DNA of 32,231 bases from Octopus bimaculoides (taxonomy: Eukaryota): contig NC_068986.1 of NCBI RefSeq assembly GCF_001194135.2, forward strand, positions 109,214,621 through 109,246,851, written 5' to 3'. A program made the position numbers and the translations under genes. The notes under the pieces were generated by a model. The model made no database searches, was not told where the DNA came from, and was given only the letters and a program-made list of their open reading frames with translations. This document shows, piece after piece, positions 1 through 10,387 of this stretch; position 1 is the stretch's first letter; each line of letters opens with the position of its first letter.

Positions 1-195
1 AACTGCACACTTTGACAAATAGTCTTGAAACTACGATGCTGTCGTTTATGAAAAATGTCAACCAAGCTATTAATTTCCACTGATGGGCGTTCATTCTAAT
101 TCGAAACAACAATTTATCTTTTATTTATTTATTTATTTATTTATTTATTGTCTTCCCACTTTTGTTTTGTTTTGTGGTTCTTCTTGAGTGCATGC

Positions 196-258
196 GTGTG
201 TATGTATGTATGTATGTGCGTATGTGTGTATGTATGTATGTATGTATGTATGTATGTA

Positions 259-298
<40 letters not shown>
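196..298. repeat. (TATG)n/(TG)n compound microsatellite
   Basis: Direct reading; a complementary (CA)n/(TACA)n tract lies at about 471-556. Confidence 0.95.
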
Positions 299-847
299 AT
301 TTTTTTTGTCGGTATTATTATTTTTGTGTGCTTTCTTATTGTGTAAAATCATGTATATGTATGTGCACACGCGCACACATACACAAGAGCAACTTCCGGA
401 AAAGAATCCGGATTGAGTGAATGAGTAAAACAGAGAGAGAGAGATGGGAAAGAGCAGGGACAGGGTACATTATACACACATACATGCATACGCACATACA
501 CACACACACACACATACATACATACATACATACATACATACATACATGCATACATAATGTACGGAGCTGGAAAAAGAATGAGAACTCGACAATAGGTCGA
601 CAGAAAGGGAAATTGAGCCAAAAGACAGAAAAAAGAGAGCCGGAAGAAGGAGAAGGAAACGAACTTCCGGTAAAAGAATCCTGTTTAAGTCTATAAACCG
701 CTAAATAAAATAATTTAGTAAAACAATGGAGAAGTTAAATGTTGTAATTTGAACAACGGAGGATATTTTCCATAAAACATGAAAATTTAAACTCTATTCA
801 GACCGAAATATCACACTGTTTTTAAGCTTTTTTTTTTTACCGTTTTC

Positions 848-1010
848 ATTCATTGGACTGCAGCCATGCTGGGGTAACACTCTGAAACTTATTTTAATCG
901 ATTGTATCAATCAATTTATTGTTTTACTTCTTGTTTTCTTTTTTTTTTTTATCTTGTCAGGTATGAACTTTATTGATCTCGTTAGAGACGAAAAGCAAAG
1001 TTACCTTGAT
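848..1010. mobile_element. Highly degenerate SINE-like interspersed repeat remnant
   Basis: 960-1010 (GGTATGAACTTTATTGATCTCGTTAGAGACGAAAAGCAAAGTTACCTTG) weakly resembles the GGTACTTATTTAATCGACCCCGAAAGGATGAAAGGCAAAGTCGACCTCG segment of the 16842-17662 SINEs. Confidence 0.35.
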
Positions 1011-1334
1011 GTAAAGCAGAGGTTCTCAAGCTTTTTGGGCCACCCCCATGGCCACATGATACTGCCCACACCTCCACCCCTATTTTCATGTATAAATAAC
1101 TATCTTATATTTTACTAATTTATATATATACTGTAAATCATTTGATATTTAATATAATATTATATAATATGTATACAAAACTATAATAATATAATAATAA
1201 ATTTATAGCGTACCCCAATCCACTGCCTTCTTTTATATCAGATATGTTTTTTAGCTGGAAATATTGATTTAAATATATCTTCTGTGACTAAAGTTTTTTA
1301 TTTAATAGTTATGGGCTTCATTTCCATGTCGTAT

Positions 1335-2434
1335 ATAATTTCACTCAGACTTAAATACATGAACTTAGTGCTGAAAAGTGAAGCAAACAATATCCTACGT
1401 GTCGGCAGTGAACTCCTCAGGAAGCTCTCTCTTACTGATGGCCTCTCATACAATCTCCCAAAAAACTGCCTGACGAACATACCTCAAAGAAAACTTGGAC
1501 GTGAAACGCTAAGCATTCTAAAAATAAAAAGAAGTGACTATGAATAGGTATGTTTCGCGAAGACTTGAAGAAGACAGTAATATCGGCAATTTCAGCCTCA
1601 CTTGGACTCTTGACCGCTACATCAAATCACACTTTGAAGGCTATGCAACTGTAATCCAAGAACTGGAGATTGCTACCAAATACCTTATAAGCATAAGAGA
1701 TAGTGAAGCCTTTCGAACCCCAAGATACAACCGAAAATGTAGATTATGAAATGTTTCTTTGGAAAACATTACAAATGTGATTAGCAGTTTCCCCAAAATG
1801 TCAAGTTACTACCTCCCAATGCGACATGCATTGTCACCAAACAATATACACTGCGATTCTAAAAACTAACTGTCCTGGAATAATTATGGAGAATCTCCCT
1901 GTTATTGAATGCGGACATAAGCATCAACACAAGAAGTATTGGTAGGACATTCCCGTCAAAACGTCCGTCAAATGTAAATATATAACGGGCCGGATATTGT
2001 TATTTGGGACAGACAAGAAAAAGTATATACTGTCATAAAGGTCAGCTGCCATGATGATGTGAATATTTCATTGAAAATTAAAGAGGAGAATGACTATGGA
2101 TAATTGCTCCGAAACTTCTAGCTTTTATATCCAGATTATAAATTCATATTTATAGTAATAATAATTGCTGCATTTAGTTTTGCGAGCAAATGTGTCTAAG
2201 TGACAGTCTGGATAAACCAGGGTTTTCAGTAAAAGAAATCAATCAACTAACTCGCGCATTACATATACAATGTGTAAGTGGAACAGTAAAAATATGCAAG
2301 GCTTTTCTCAAGTTTAAAATGTGACATTGTTTTCGATATCTACATTCCCGTGATGGAGTTCTGTATCTTTGTTAGAAATCAGCCCCTTCCTCAGTGAGAT
2401 ATTTCAAATATTTCAAGACAGAAGAGAATATACG
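1335..2434 (+). mobile_element. R4/Dong-type non-LTR retrotransposon 3' remnant (CCHC zinc knuckle + restriction-like endonuclease), decayed
   Basis: Translation across stops and frameshifts gives SHFEGYATVIQELEIATKYL, KCRL*NVSLENITNVISSFPKMSSYYLPMRH (decayed CxxC..H..C..RH), NGPDIVIWDRQEKVYTVIKVSCHDDVNI (PD..E/D RLE) and SGTVKICKAFLKFKM* (stop 2322-2324). A ~110-bp 3' UTR follows, then (TACA)n. Confidence 0.85.
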
Positions 2435-2468
2435 TACATACATACATACATACATACATACATACATA
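2435..2468. repeat. (TACA)n tract abutting the LINE 3' end
   Basis: Direct reading. Confidence 0.95.
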
Positions 2469-2670
2469 GCGGTTGTCTACTCCTTATACAAAGTCTGTTC
2501 ACCCTTTGTACTTACACCTTAGATCCATCATGGCATCTGATGTGGCTTTTTAAACCAGACAATGTATTGAAAAGACACCCACATAGATTGCATATCTGAT
2601 TTAGACAACCAAGAGTTGCAGCTAAGTTCTGATCCTTGTGGATTTTAGAATGTCTTCTGAGGCCTCCGTT

Positions 2671-2840
2671 CACAAGCGTAGCTGCGGGGGTGGGGGCGTT
2701 AGGGGTGATCCGCTGCGGGCATCACTTTTAAAGGGGCACCACCTTTAGGTCTGCTGTAGGCAATATGTGTTTTTTATGGAGTCCGGGATTGGCAAGCGAA
2801 AGAGCCGCCCCGGGTGGCACACACTCTAGCTACGCTAGTG
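2671..2840. mobile_element. hAT-type MITE, 170 bp
   Basis: TIRs CACAAGCGTAGCT (2671-2683) and revcomp CACTAGCGTAGCT (2828-2840) match 12/13. Flanking 8-mers CCTCCGTT (2663-2670) and CCTCTGTA (2841-2848) match 6/8, a decayed 8-bp TSD. Confidence 0.7.
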
Positions 2841-3030
2841 CCTCTGTAAGATTTTCAGACTTTATGGAATGTACGGCATTCAGAGGAGTTGGTGGAGGTT
2901 CGTTTTTCATGGGTCCACAAATGAGATTTGAACCCAGCATCGTCTGTCACAAACTGTGCCCACAAAAGGGTTGTTGGGATTCGTTTTCTCGATCGTAGTA
3001 TTTTTCTTCAAATTTCTTTTGAGTTTCGCA

Positions 3031-3062
<32 letters not shown>

Positions 3063-3104
3063 GAGGATTTAGGTAAAATTATGCAAATGTGTCCGACTGA
3101 TTAA

Positions 3105-3262
3105 ATAAATTCTATTTAAAAATTAATGTAATGATTGCATTGTCCAATTAAATGGAGTCGCTTGAAACGATCGTACTGCATTACCTCTGGATATCCTGTT
3201 GCTTATTTTGATTTTATTTGAAACTGTACGGATAATTCCGCACTAATTTTGGGTGCTAATTT
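3105..3262 (+). mobile_element. Unclassified interspersed repeat, copy 1, with hammerhead relic (copy 2 at 27553-27740)
   Basis: About 125 bp clearly aligns to 27602-27740 (CAATTAAATGGAGTCGC(T/A)TGAAACGATCGTACTGCATTACCT...). It has GAAA-CGATCG-TA, but only ATGA (3131-3134) remains of the CTGANGA core. Confidence 0.8.
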
Positions 3263-4009
3263 GGGTGCCATACATACATACAAGTGAGTTATTCATTTAG
3301 TTGTCTAGAATATTCCGAAAATTGAATCCTGAAACCAAAATGTAAGATTTAAAACTGAAGCCATGTAACTTGTCTCACTTTCACTTTTTTGCTTGTTAAA
3401 TCATTGATGTGTGACTGAATTCAGACCAGTGAATCGTGACCTTTTCGACACTCGTAAGTTTTTCATTTATTTATTTATTTATAATGTTATTTCCTCTTTT
3501 CACTGAATTTGGTCACACATTATTTTTCATTTGAAATGACCTACAGAGTTAAAAAAAAAACAACTAATAATCTAATAAACCAATATATCCAGCCTGATAT
3601 TGAAAAAGCCCGTCGGAGATGAAACGTTATTAAAACAAAAGCATTTATTTTTATTTGTATTAAAGGCGAAAGAGGGTGGAGGTTTATAACAGAGAAAAAC
3701 CTGTGGGGTTGGGGTGTTTATAAGGTGATTAAGACACGTATTGGTTTCTGAAAGTGTTGGCTTATGCAGTAGATGTGATTGATTGGAAAAGAAAAGGTCT
3801 GTCATTGGAATACGTTAAGATTTTAACCATGAGACAATGTAGAAACAATGCAAATATGTTTATCAAACAGATAAGGCAACAGTGATGCGTGAAATATAGT
3901 ATGACTAATTATTATTGAGACGGGCAGATTTTATGAGGCGTAGCAGAGGGAGGAAAATATTCAAAAACTGTTTTAAATATTGCATGAACTGATTATGGTG
4001 TGGTAAAGG

Positions 4010-4501
4010 CAAATGGGAAGGCCATGTCCACCGAATGAAGAACTCCAGACTGTCACGCCAAATCTTCTACAGCGAATTCAACGTCGGCAAGAGATATCAC
4101 GGCAAGAGATATCGCGGCAAGAGATATCGCGGCAAGAGATATCGCGGCAAGAGATATCGCGGCAAGAGATATCGCGGCAAGAGATATCGAGGCAAGAGAT
4201 ATCGCGGCAAGAGATGCTCCATGTGACGCTACGAAGACTGAGTGAAACGGACAACGAAAAGCACCGATACTGACCCTAAATCTTGGGAGTAACTCGCAGA
4301 ACAACGTGGCAACACATCAACAAGACTGGCGTAGAACATTTTGAAAAACATCTTCAGAGAAATAGAGAGGAGAAACGGCTACAACGAAAGACATACCAAC
4401 TTCAGCAAAAACCTTCACCTAGCATCTCATGTGACCTCTGTGGACAGTTGTTCTACGCAAAAGCCGGCCTTGCCTGTTGTTAGAGGCACCGACATAAATG
4501 A
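4010..4501 (+). mobile_element. RTE-clade LINE 3' remnant, decayed
   Basis: WEGHVHRMKNSRLSRQIFYSEFNVGKR...RYED*VKR...DPKSWE*LAEQR...W...CDLCGQLFYAKAGLACC*RHRHK*, the typical RTE C-terminus with terminal C2H2-like finger. Confidence 0.85.
4086..4215. repeat. 15-bp minisatellite GGCAAGAGATATCGC x8.7 inside the RTE remnant
   Basis: 8 full units plus a 10-bp partial; only units 1 and 7 each differ by one base. Confidence 0.97.
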
Positions 4502-4779
4502 GAAAATACAAAACGAAGAAAGATATGTAAAAGGTTGATAGTTGCAATAGAGACATTAGTCTCTCTCTATCACCTTTCAACAAAATTATCTATTTAGAAA
4601 CAGTAGAACAATTGACAACATAATAAAAATAAGTTTTATTTTTGGTGATGCTTGGCTTTACAAATCCTGTGTCATACAGCCCGGTAGCCGCTGGTTAACC
4701 TGTAATCAGCGACTTGAGATTAAGAGCTTCGTTGAGGCATGCCAGGGAGCAAGTAGTTGTCACATTGAAAGCATCGCGC

Positions 4780-4997
4780 TAAAGAGGCTTAGAAAGCGCG
4801 CGAAGCGTTTTAAGTACTGGTTTTACTACGCATGCGCACTCGAGGGGCGTCCGGGAAGGCAAGTCCCTTGCGCATGTGTAGATTGTACTTCCTTAATGGC
4901 AGCCATAATTTTGCGCCATTACAGATATATTCGGAAACACGGTCGGGAGCAGCCCCGAAAACGATGACAACAATGACACGACGATATAAGGGTAAAT
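4780..4997 (+). promoter_or_regulatory. CpG-rich candidate promoter / first exon
   Basis: About 20 CpG in ~215 bp in an AT-rich background. NRF1-like ACGCATGCGCA (~4829-4839) and TGCGCATGTG (~4869-4878), YY1-like GCAGCCATAATTTT, ATG at 4964 followed by AAGG|GTAAAT donor-like site at 4991/4992. Confidence 0.4.
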
Positions 4998-5084
4998 TGG
5001 AATTATTAAGGGATGATGTGAATTTGACTGTCATTTTTTTTCGGGAGAGGCATAAGCGATTGCACCCGTTCCCGTTTCGTGCCA

Positions 5085-5380
5085 CATAGAACTTATTATA
5101 TCACCCTCAGAAGGATGAAAGGCAAAGCTGATCTAAAAAGGTTTATGATCTCAAAATTTAAAAGGGCGAAAGTAAACAATGGCTCTCAGTCCAGCCGTCA
5201 ATCTATTCTTATAATAATTTCTTACATCGTCTCAGGGTGGCACGTTTGTAAGGGTAGGATACACCCGATTGGATCAACCACAGTGAACCACTGGTATCTC
5301 TTTTAGCAACCGTTGGTGAAATGGAAAGCCAAGTCGACTCCTGCTACAAATTAAAAATCAGAATCCAGAGAAAGATCACT
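5085..5380 (-). mobile_element. Two degenerate fragments of the tRNA-SINE family seen at 16842-17662
   Basis: AGAAGGATGAAAGGCAAAGCTGATCT and ACTGGTATCTCTTTTAGCAACC...GGAAAGCCAAGTCGACTCC resemble the array units. Confidence 0.5.
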
Positions 5381-5751
5381 CGATGCCTTACTGCGAAAAT
5401 AAGGAGTTTTACACTTTGGTTGGAAAATGAATAGTTTAGTTGGGGAGAGGAAGGGAGTGGGATGAAGTTTGTGGGTTTAATGCAATCTAGCAGTTGACAG
5501 TCCTATAGTCTTGTAGTTTGGGATTTATCTTTTAATCGGTCGGGAGGAGGGCTTTAAGGTCTTCGAAAATTTGTAGGAGAGAGGAAGGTATCTATTTTCT
5601 ATCTAGAGACTTGATTCCTCCGCCAGCGGTACCCAAGATACCAGGTGTTGGTATTAAGCCGGCTGATGGATTAAATCCCTCCTCCCCCAGATTAAGTCGC
5701 CACCCAAATTCCAACCAAAACAAAAGTACAGATCGCATTTAAGAATTATTA

Positions 5752-5809
5752 CTCTCTCTCTCTGTCTTTGTCTGTCTGTCTGTCTGTCCGTCTGTCTGTC
5801 TGTCTGTCC

Positions 5810-5881
<72 letters not shown>
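5752..5881. repeat. (CT)n/(GTCT)n compound microsatellite
   Basis: Direct reading. Confidence 0.95.
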
Positions 5882-5884
<3 letters not shown>

Positions 5885-6671
5885 CAGTAATTCCTATGGA
5901 TTTTAGGAAATCGATCACAAAGTCACAGCTGGTGATTCGTGAATTCATTATTGATTCGGCATCTAATTCTCCAGTGCTGATCCATTTAGTCAGTGTAATC
6001 TTAGCATTTCGATCGATCTCAGTTACTCCCATCTGTTGGTGAATGATAATGGCGTCACAATTGGTCGCTCAATGTCTAAATTATATATTCAATGGGGAAA
6101 AAAGAATTAAAAAAAAAAACAAGGAATATCAATTTGTTCAAGTTGTTTTTTAGTAACTCGATCGATCATCGATAACATCAAGTCAGTAGGCTTTTTATCG
6201 ACTCCTGACATAAGCGTTCATTCCTTTAATGGCTTATCGAAGTAAATATTTCAATTATCCTCAAATCATGAATTTTTATGTGGCTCTTCTTATCTTTCAC
6301 TCGTTTTTATTTCTTCGTAAGCGACTCACGTGCTTGGCCGCATCATGGCGGCAGTCATGTCACTGTGTCACTGTAACCAGTTCATTTCAGTACGAGAATC
6401 TATTGAGGCGTCGAAACTAAAACTTACCATCTACTGTTGTTGCTTGATAAGAACAGTACCATTCCTCTCAAAGAACGTAGCATCTTTGCATTGAAATGCA
6501 TGTATCTGTGGTATTTTTATATTCCAGTAGGTCTTCATATAATCCATTAAGGGATATTGAGTCGCTTCAAAACTTTAGACTTTCGTCTGCCACACGATTT
6601 ATTCAACAGTTGAACTGTATGTATGCTTGTGAGCATGTGTGTATATGTATGTATATACGCATGTATGTGTG

Positions 6672-6773
<102 letters not shown>

Positions 6774-6774
6774 G

Positions 6775-7090
6775 GGGTGCCTGGCTAAGTGGCTTAGTGG
6801 CTTAGTGGTTAGGGTGTTGTACTTACGATTTCAAAATCGTGGTTTCAATTCCCAGACCGCTCGTTGCGTTGTGTGCTTCGCCAAAACTCTTCATCTCGCG
6901 TTGCTTCGCGATCACTTCGATATCTGACACGTGGTACACAGTGCAACTGCGCAGTAAACATCGATTTGATGGAGGTTGTGAGCTTAATGTACAGCACAAA
7001 CATTTCATCACTAAAGACAAATCATTTGTGAAGCTTGTTCAACAAGAAATAGCAGAACGGCCTTTCTCGGACTATGACAGATTACCATCA
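6775..7090 (+). mobile_element. tRNA-derived SINE, degenerate
   Basis: A-box TGGCTTAGTGG (locally duplicated as GTGGCTTA repeats), B-box GGTTTCAATTCC, then a non-tRNA body. The head is similar to the SINE at 27384. Confidence 0.75.
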
Positions 7091-7189
7091 TGCATGCATG
7101 CGTGTTTGTATTGTGTATATACATGTGTGTATGTGTGTACGTATTGAAGAGATATACAAACCTATATCGAAGTCTTAATATATCATGTA

Positions 7190-8342
7190 CAGGGCGTTCA
7201 AAAAGTCTCTTCGCTGAGAGTTTTTCGGTGACCGGATTATTTCGAAGGGATTTTGGCCACCAAGATCGCCTGATTTAACACCGCCAGACATTTTTTTTCT
7301 GGGGAGCAAATAAAGGATCAGTGTACAAGAATCGCCTGAAAACCATTAATGAGCTAAAAGACGCTATCATAACCTTCACACGGTCCGTACCGCGTCAGAC
7401 TCTCCAAAATGTATTTCGAAACATGTGTAGAAGAGTCAACTAGGATCTAGTTCAAAACGGCGGCGCCAGTATTTTCTTAACGAAACACTTTGAAACTTGG
7501 GAAACTGGTAGAATGTGTCATATAAAACATCTTTTTCTCTTAGTCTTCTTAAGAAAAATTATTATATTGCAACTTATTTCATGTTAAAGTTGTCGTATTT
7601 CTGTAATTTCAACCAATGACTGACGTCCATTCAGCCGAATACATTAAGTGCTGACTACGTAAACAAACGATTCTCAAACGATTCTGGCGGTGATAAAATT
7701 ATTATTTCCTTGTCAAAAAATGGCTGAAGCATATTGGCAGTAGCTAATAAACCTTTCNNNNNNNNNNNNNNNNNNNNNNNNNNNNNNNNNNNNNNNNNNN
7801 NNNNNNNNNNNNNNNNNNNNNNNNNNNNNNNNNNNNNNNNNTACACATACAGTTCAGGCAGGTGTTAACGAAATTATATTAAAAATAAAACGAAGGAAAA
7901 CGAACACACGTGTGTTGCCTCTCTGCACAATGTCAGAAGTAATGGAGATTAAATACGCTTTACACCGCTTAAACTGCCAAAGGAACCGCTTAAACTGCCA
8001 AAGGAGTAACTATAAACAGCTGAATACTTGTCAGTGATTGGTTGAAATTATCGAAATAAGACAATTTTTTACACGAAATAACTTCGAATACAAAAATATT
8101 TTTCTGTTCTATAACACAAAATAGATAAGTATACGAAGTTTGAAAGTCTTTCGGTACCAAAAACACCACGTAAAACATAAATGAAAACTAGTGCCCCCGT
8201 TTTGAACTAGATCCGTCAACTAATGTATTAAAAATGAAGGACGACACTTGTATTCTTGTATTCTTTTGTAGTCTTATACCATCTTATAAATATTTATTTT
8301 GCAATAAAATACTTACAGCGGAGAGACTTTTTGAACACCCTG
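7190..8342 (+). mobile_element. Tc1/mariner (rosa/maT-like) internal-deletion derivative, ~373 bp once the nested insert is removed
   Basis: 27-bp TIRs CAGGG(C/T)GTTCAAAAAGTCTCT(T/C)CGCTG at 7190-7216 and 8316-8342 (25/27), flanked by TA (7188-89, 8343-44). It retains the transposase C-terminus WPPRSPDLTPPD(fs)FFWG...KTINELKDAI...RRVN*CIKNEGRHL, reading across the insertion. Confidence 0.92.
7443..8214. mobile_element. Non-autonomous TIR element with 8-bp TSD nested in the mariner (Merlin-like termini)
   Basis: Perfect 18-bp TIR GGATCTAGTTCAAAACGG (7443-7460; 8197-8214), imperfect to ~28 bp. Perfect TSD GTCAACTA (7435-7442; 8215-8222). Contains an 84-N gap and a 21-bp tandem duplication (7964-8005). 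The superfamily call is inference. Confidence 0.88.
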
Positions 8343-9099
8343 TATGTGTCATTATTGATACAATCGCACGCGCATGCGCCTATTACGATGAATGCGTGTG
8401 TGTAAATATAAAGCGTAAAAAATGTTTTATGCATGAAATTGCGCTAAGATGTGCGCTACCTTACGACTTGATAAAAAAAAACAGGTCAAGACAACAGCTT
8501 CGCTGGGCTACCTGGACCGTATTTAGATGTGTGTGTGTGTGTGTGTTTGTGTGTGTGTATGTGTGTGTGTGTGTGTGTGTGTGCAAACAGACCCAAAAAT
8601 TATTGGCTTTCTGGTGCATTGTGGGAGAAGGAAAAGGAAGAGTAACAGGCGAGAGAGAGAGTGGGGGTGAGGCGATTGCAGAAACAGTGAATGAAGAATA
8701 GGAGAAGGATACATAGAAAGAAAGAGCATAAATAGATACAAAGATGAAGAGATGGGTAGAAGATAGAGATGGGTAGAAGATAGAAAGATAGATGACGGTA
8801 AACAACCAAAGAACATAGGAACGCAGAGAAAAAGAAAGGTACGCGAATAGAGGTAACATACAACTGCACATATACACAACAGACATAATGAAATACACAT
8901 GAACACAGCTACACAATGTAGATACATCTACTCATTCACATGTAATGATAAAAAGAAAAAGAAACGACTTCAAAGAGCAATCTTTTGCGTTTAGTAAAAA
9001 CAAAAAATAAAGCTTTTAACGAAAGAAGTAGCCATTTTGTAGCAAACAGTGCCTTTAACAGAAATTATAAATACCCTTGGTAACTAGTCTTTTAGTAAT

Positions 9100-9990
9100 A
9101 AACAAGCGACAGTCTTTCCATATAGATACAACACAGGCTACGCTTTCAGGTTTTTTTGGGATAAAGTTTTCAGAAATAACCCAATAACTTTACCCAATCA
9201 TCGTATTCCAATTTCCTTTATTTATTTATTTTTTTCAATGAGTAGCAGACGAGCGACTATCTTTTGGCACAGACACAACACAAGCTACCTTTTCAGGATT
9301 TTTGGATAAAATTTCCNNNNNNNNNNNNNNNNNNNNNNNNNNNNNNNNNNNNNNNNNNNNNNNNNNNNNNNNNNNNNNNNNNNNNNNNNNNNNNNNNNNN
9401 NNNNNNNNNNNNNNNNNNNNNNNNNNNNNNNNNNNNNNNNNNNNNNNNNNNNNNNNNNNNNNNNNNNNNNNNNNNNNNNNNNNNNNNNNNNNNNNNNNNN
9501 NNNNNNNNNNNNNNNNNNNNNNNNNNNNNNNNNNNNNNNNNNNNNNNNNNNNNNNNNNNNNNNNNNNNNNNNNNNNNNNNNNNNNNNNNNNNNNNNNNNN
9601 NNNNNNNNNNNNNNNNNNNNNNNNNNNNNNNNNGTATTCCAATTTCCTTTATTTATTTATTTTTCAATGAGTAGCAGACGAGCGACTATCTTTTGGCACA
9701 GACACAACACAAGCTACCTTTTCAGGATTTTTGGATAAAATTTCAAGAAATAACCCAGATAAAGTTTTCAGAAATAACCCAATAACTTTACCCAATCATC
9801 GTATTCCAATTTCCTTTATTTATTATTTTTTTTCAATGAGTAGCAGACGAGCGACTATCTTTTGGCACAGACACAACACAAGCTACCTTTTCAGGATTTT
9901 TGGATAAAATTTCCAGAAATAACCCAGATAAAGTTTTCAGAAATAATTCAATAACTTTACCAATCATCATCTTTCAATTTCTTTCACTTT
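9100..9990. repeat. ~168-bp tandem repeat (satellite-like), interrupted by the N gap 9317-9633
   Basis: GTATTCCAATTTCC recurs at 9203, 9634 and 9801; CAATGAGTAGCAGACGAGCGAC at 9236, 9665 and 9834. There is an internal ~24-bp subrepeat, GATAAA(A/G)TTTT(C)CAGAAATAACCCA. Confidence 0.9.
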
Positions 9991-10387
9991 TTCAATGATT
10001 AGCAGATTCCTTTAACCACAGTAAATAATCTTTTTGTTTGTCAAATAAGTAAGGATTGCCAAAATCATTAAATTATTACAATATTGATCACATCCTCTTC
10101 ATTTCTTTGAATTTAATTATTAAACCAGAAATATTTTCAGTGATTGAATAATTCTCGTTTTTCAATTGCACCATGGAACAACAGCCAAAACAACTGTAAG
10201 GAATGCTACCTTCTCCTACGACTAAAAAGTTATCTATTCATCTTTATTTATCTGTCTGACTCCTTTCTCTCTCTTTCTCTCTCTCTCTCTCTCTTTCCCC
10301 CTCTCTCTCCCCCTCTCTTTCTCCCGCTCTCCATCTTAAAAGAAAACCAGGTTTGGTTGAATGGAAATGAGCAACATTCAGTTATAA

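Noticed and set aside
1017-1225. Complete hAT MITE from CAGAGGTTCTCAAG to AATCCACTG
   Set aside because: The right end is too degenerate and the flanks (ATGTAAAG vs CCTTCTTT) show no TSD.
1470-1512. CTGACGA...GAAACGCTA as a hammerhead (also CTGATGA at 26135)
   Set aside because: The stems do not pair and both lie inside LINE coding remnants.
6320-6430. E-box CACGTG, ATGGCGGC and a minus-strand GATG|GTAAGT donor as a gene start
   Set aside because: I could not build a coherent open exon in either direction; isolated motifs are expected by chance.
6775-6860. tRNA genes at SINE heads (also 17560-17662 and 27384-27460)
   Set aside because: A and B boxes are present, but there is no complete cloverleaf and they continue into SINE bodies.
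8368-8380. NRF1-like GCGCATGCGC as a promoter
   Set aside because: It is a single motif next to alternating purine-pyrimidine repeats, where it arises readily.
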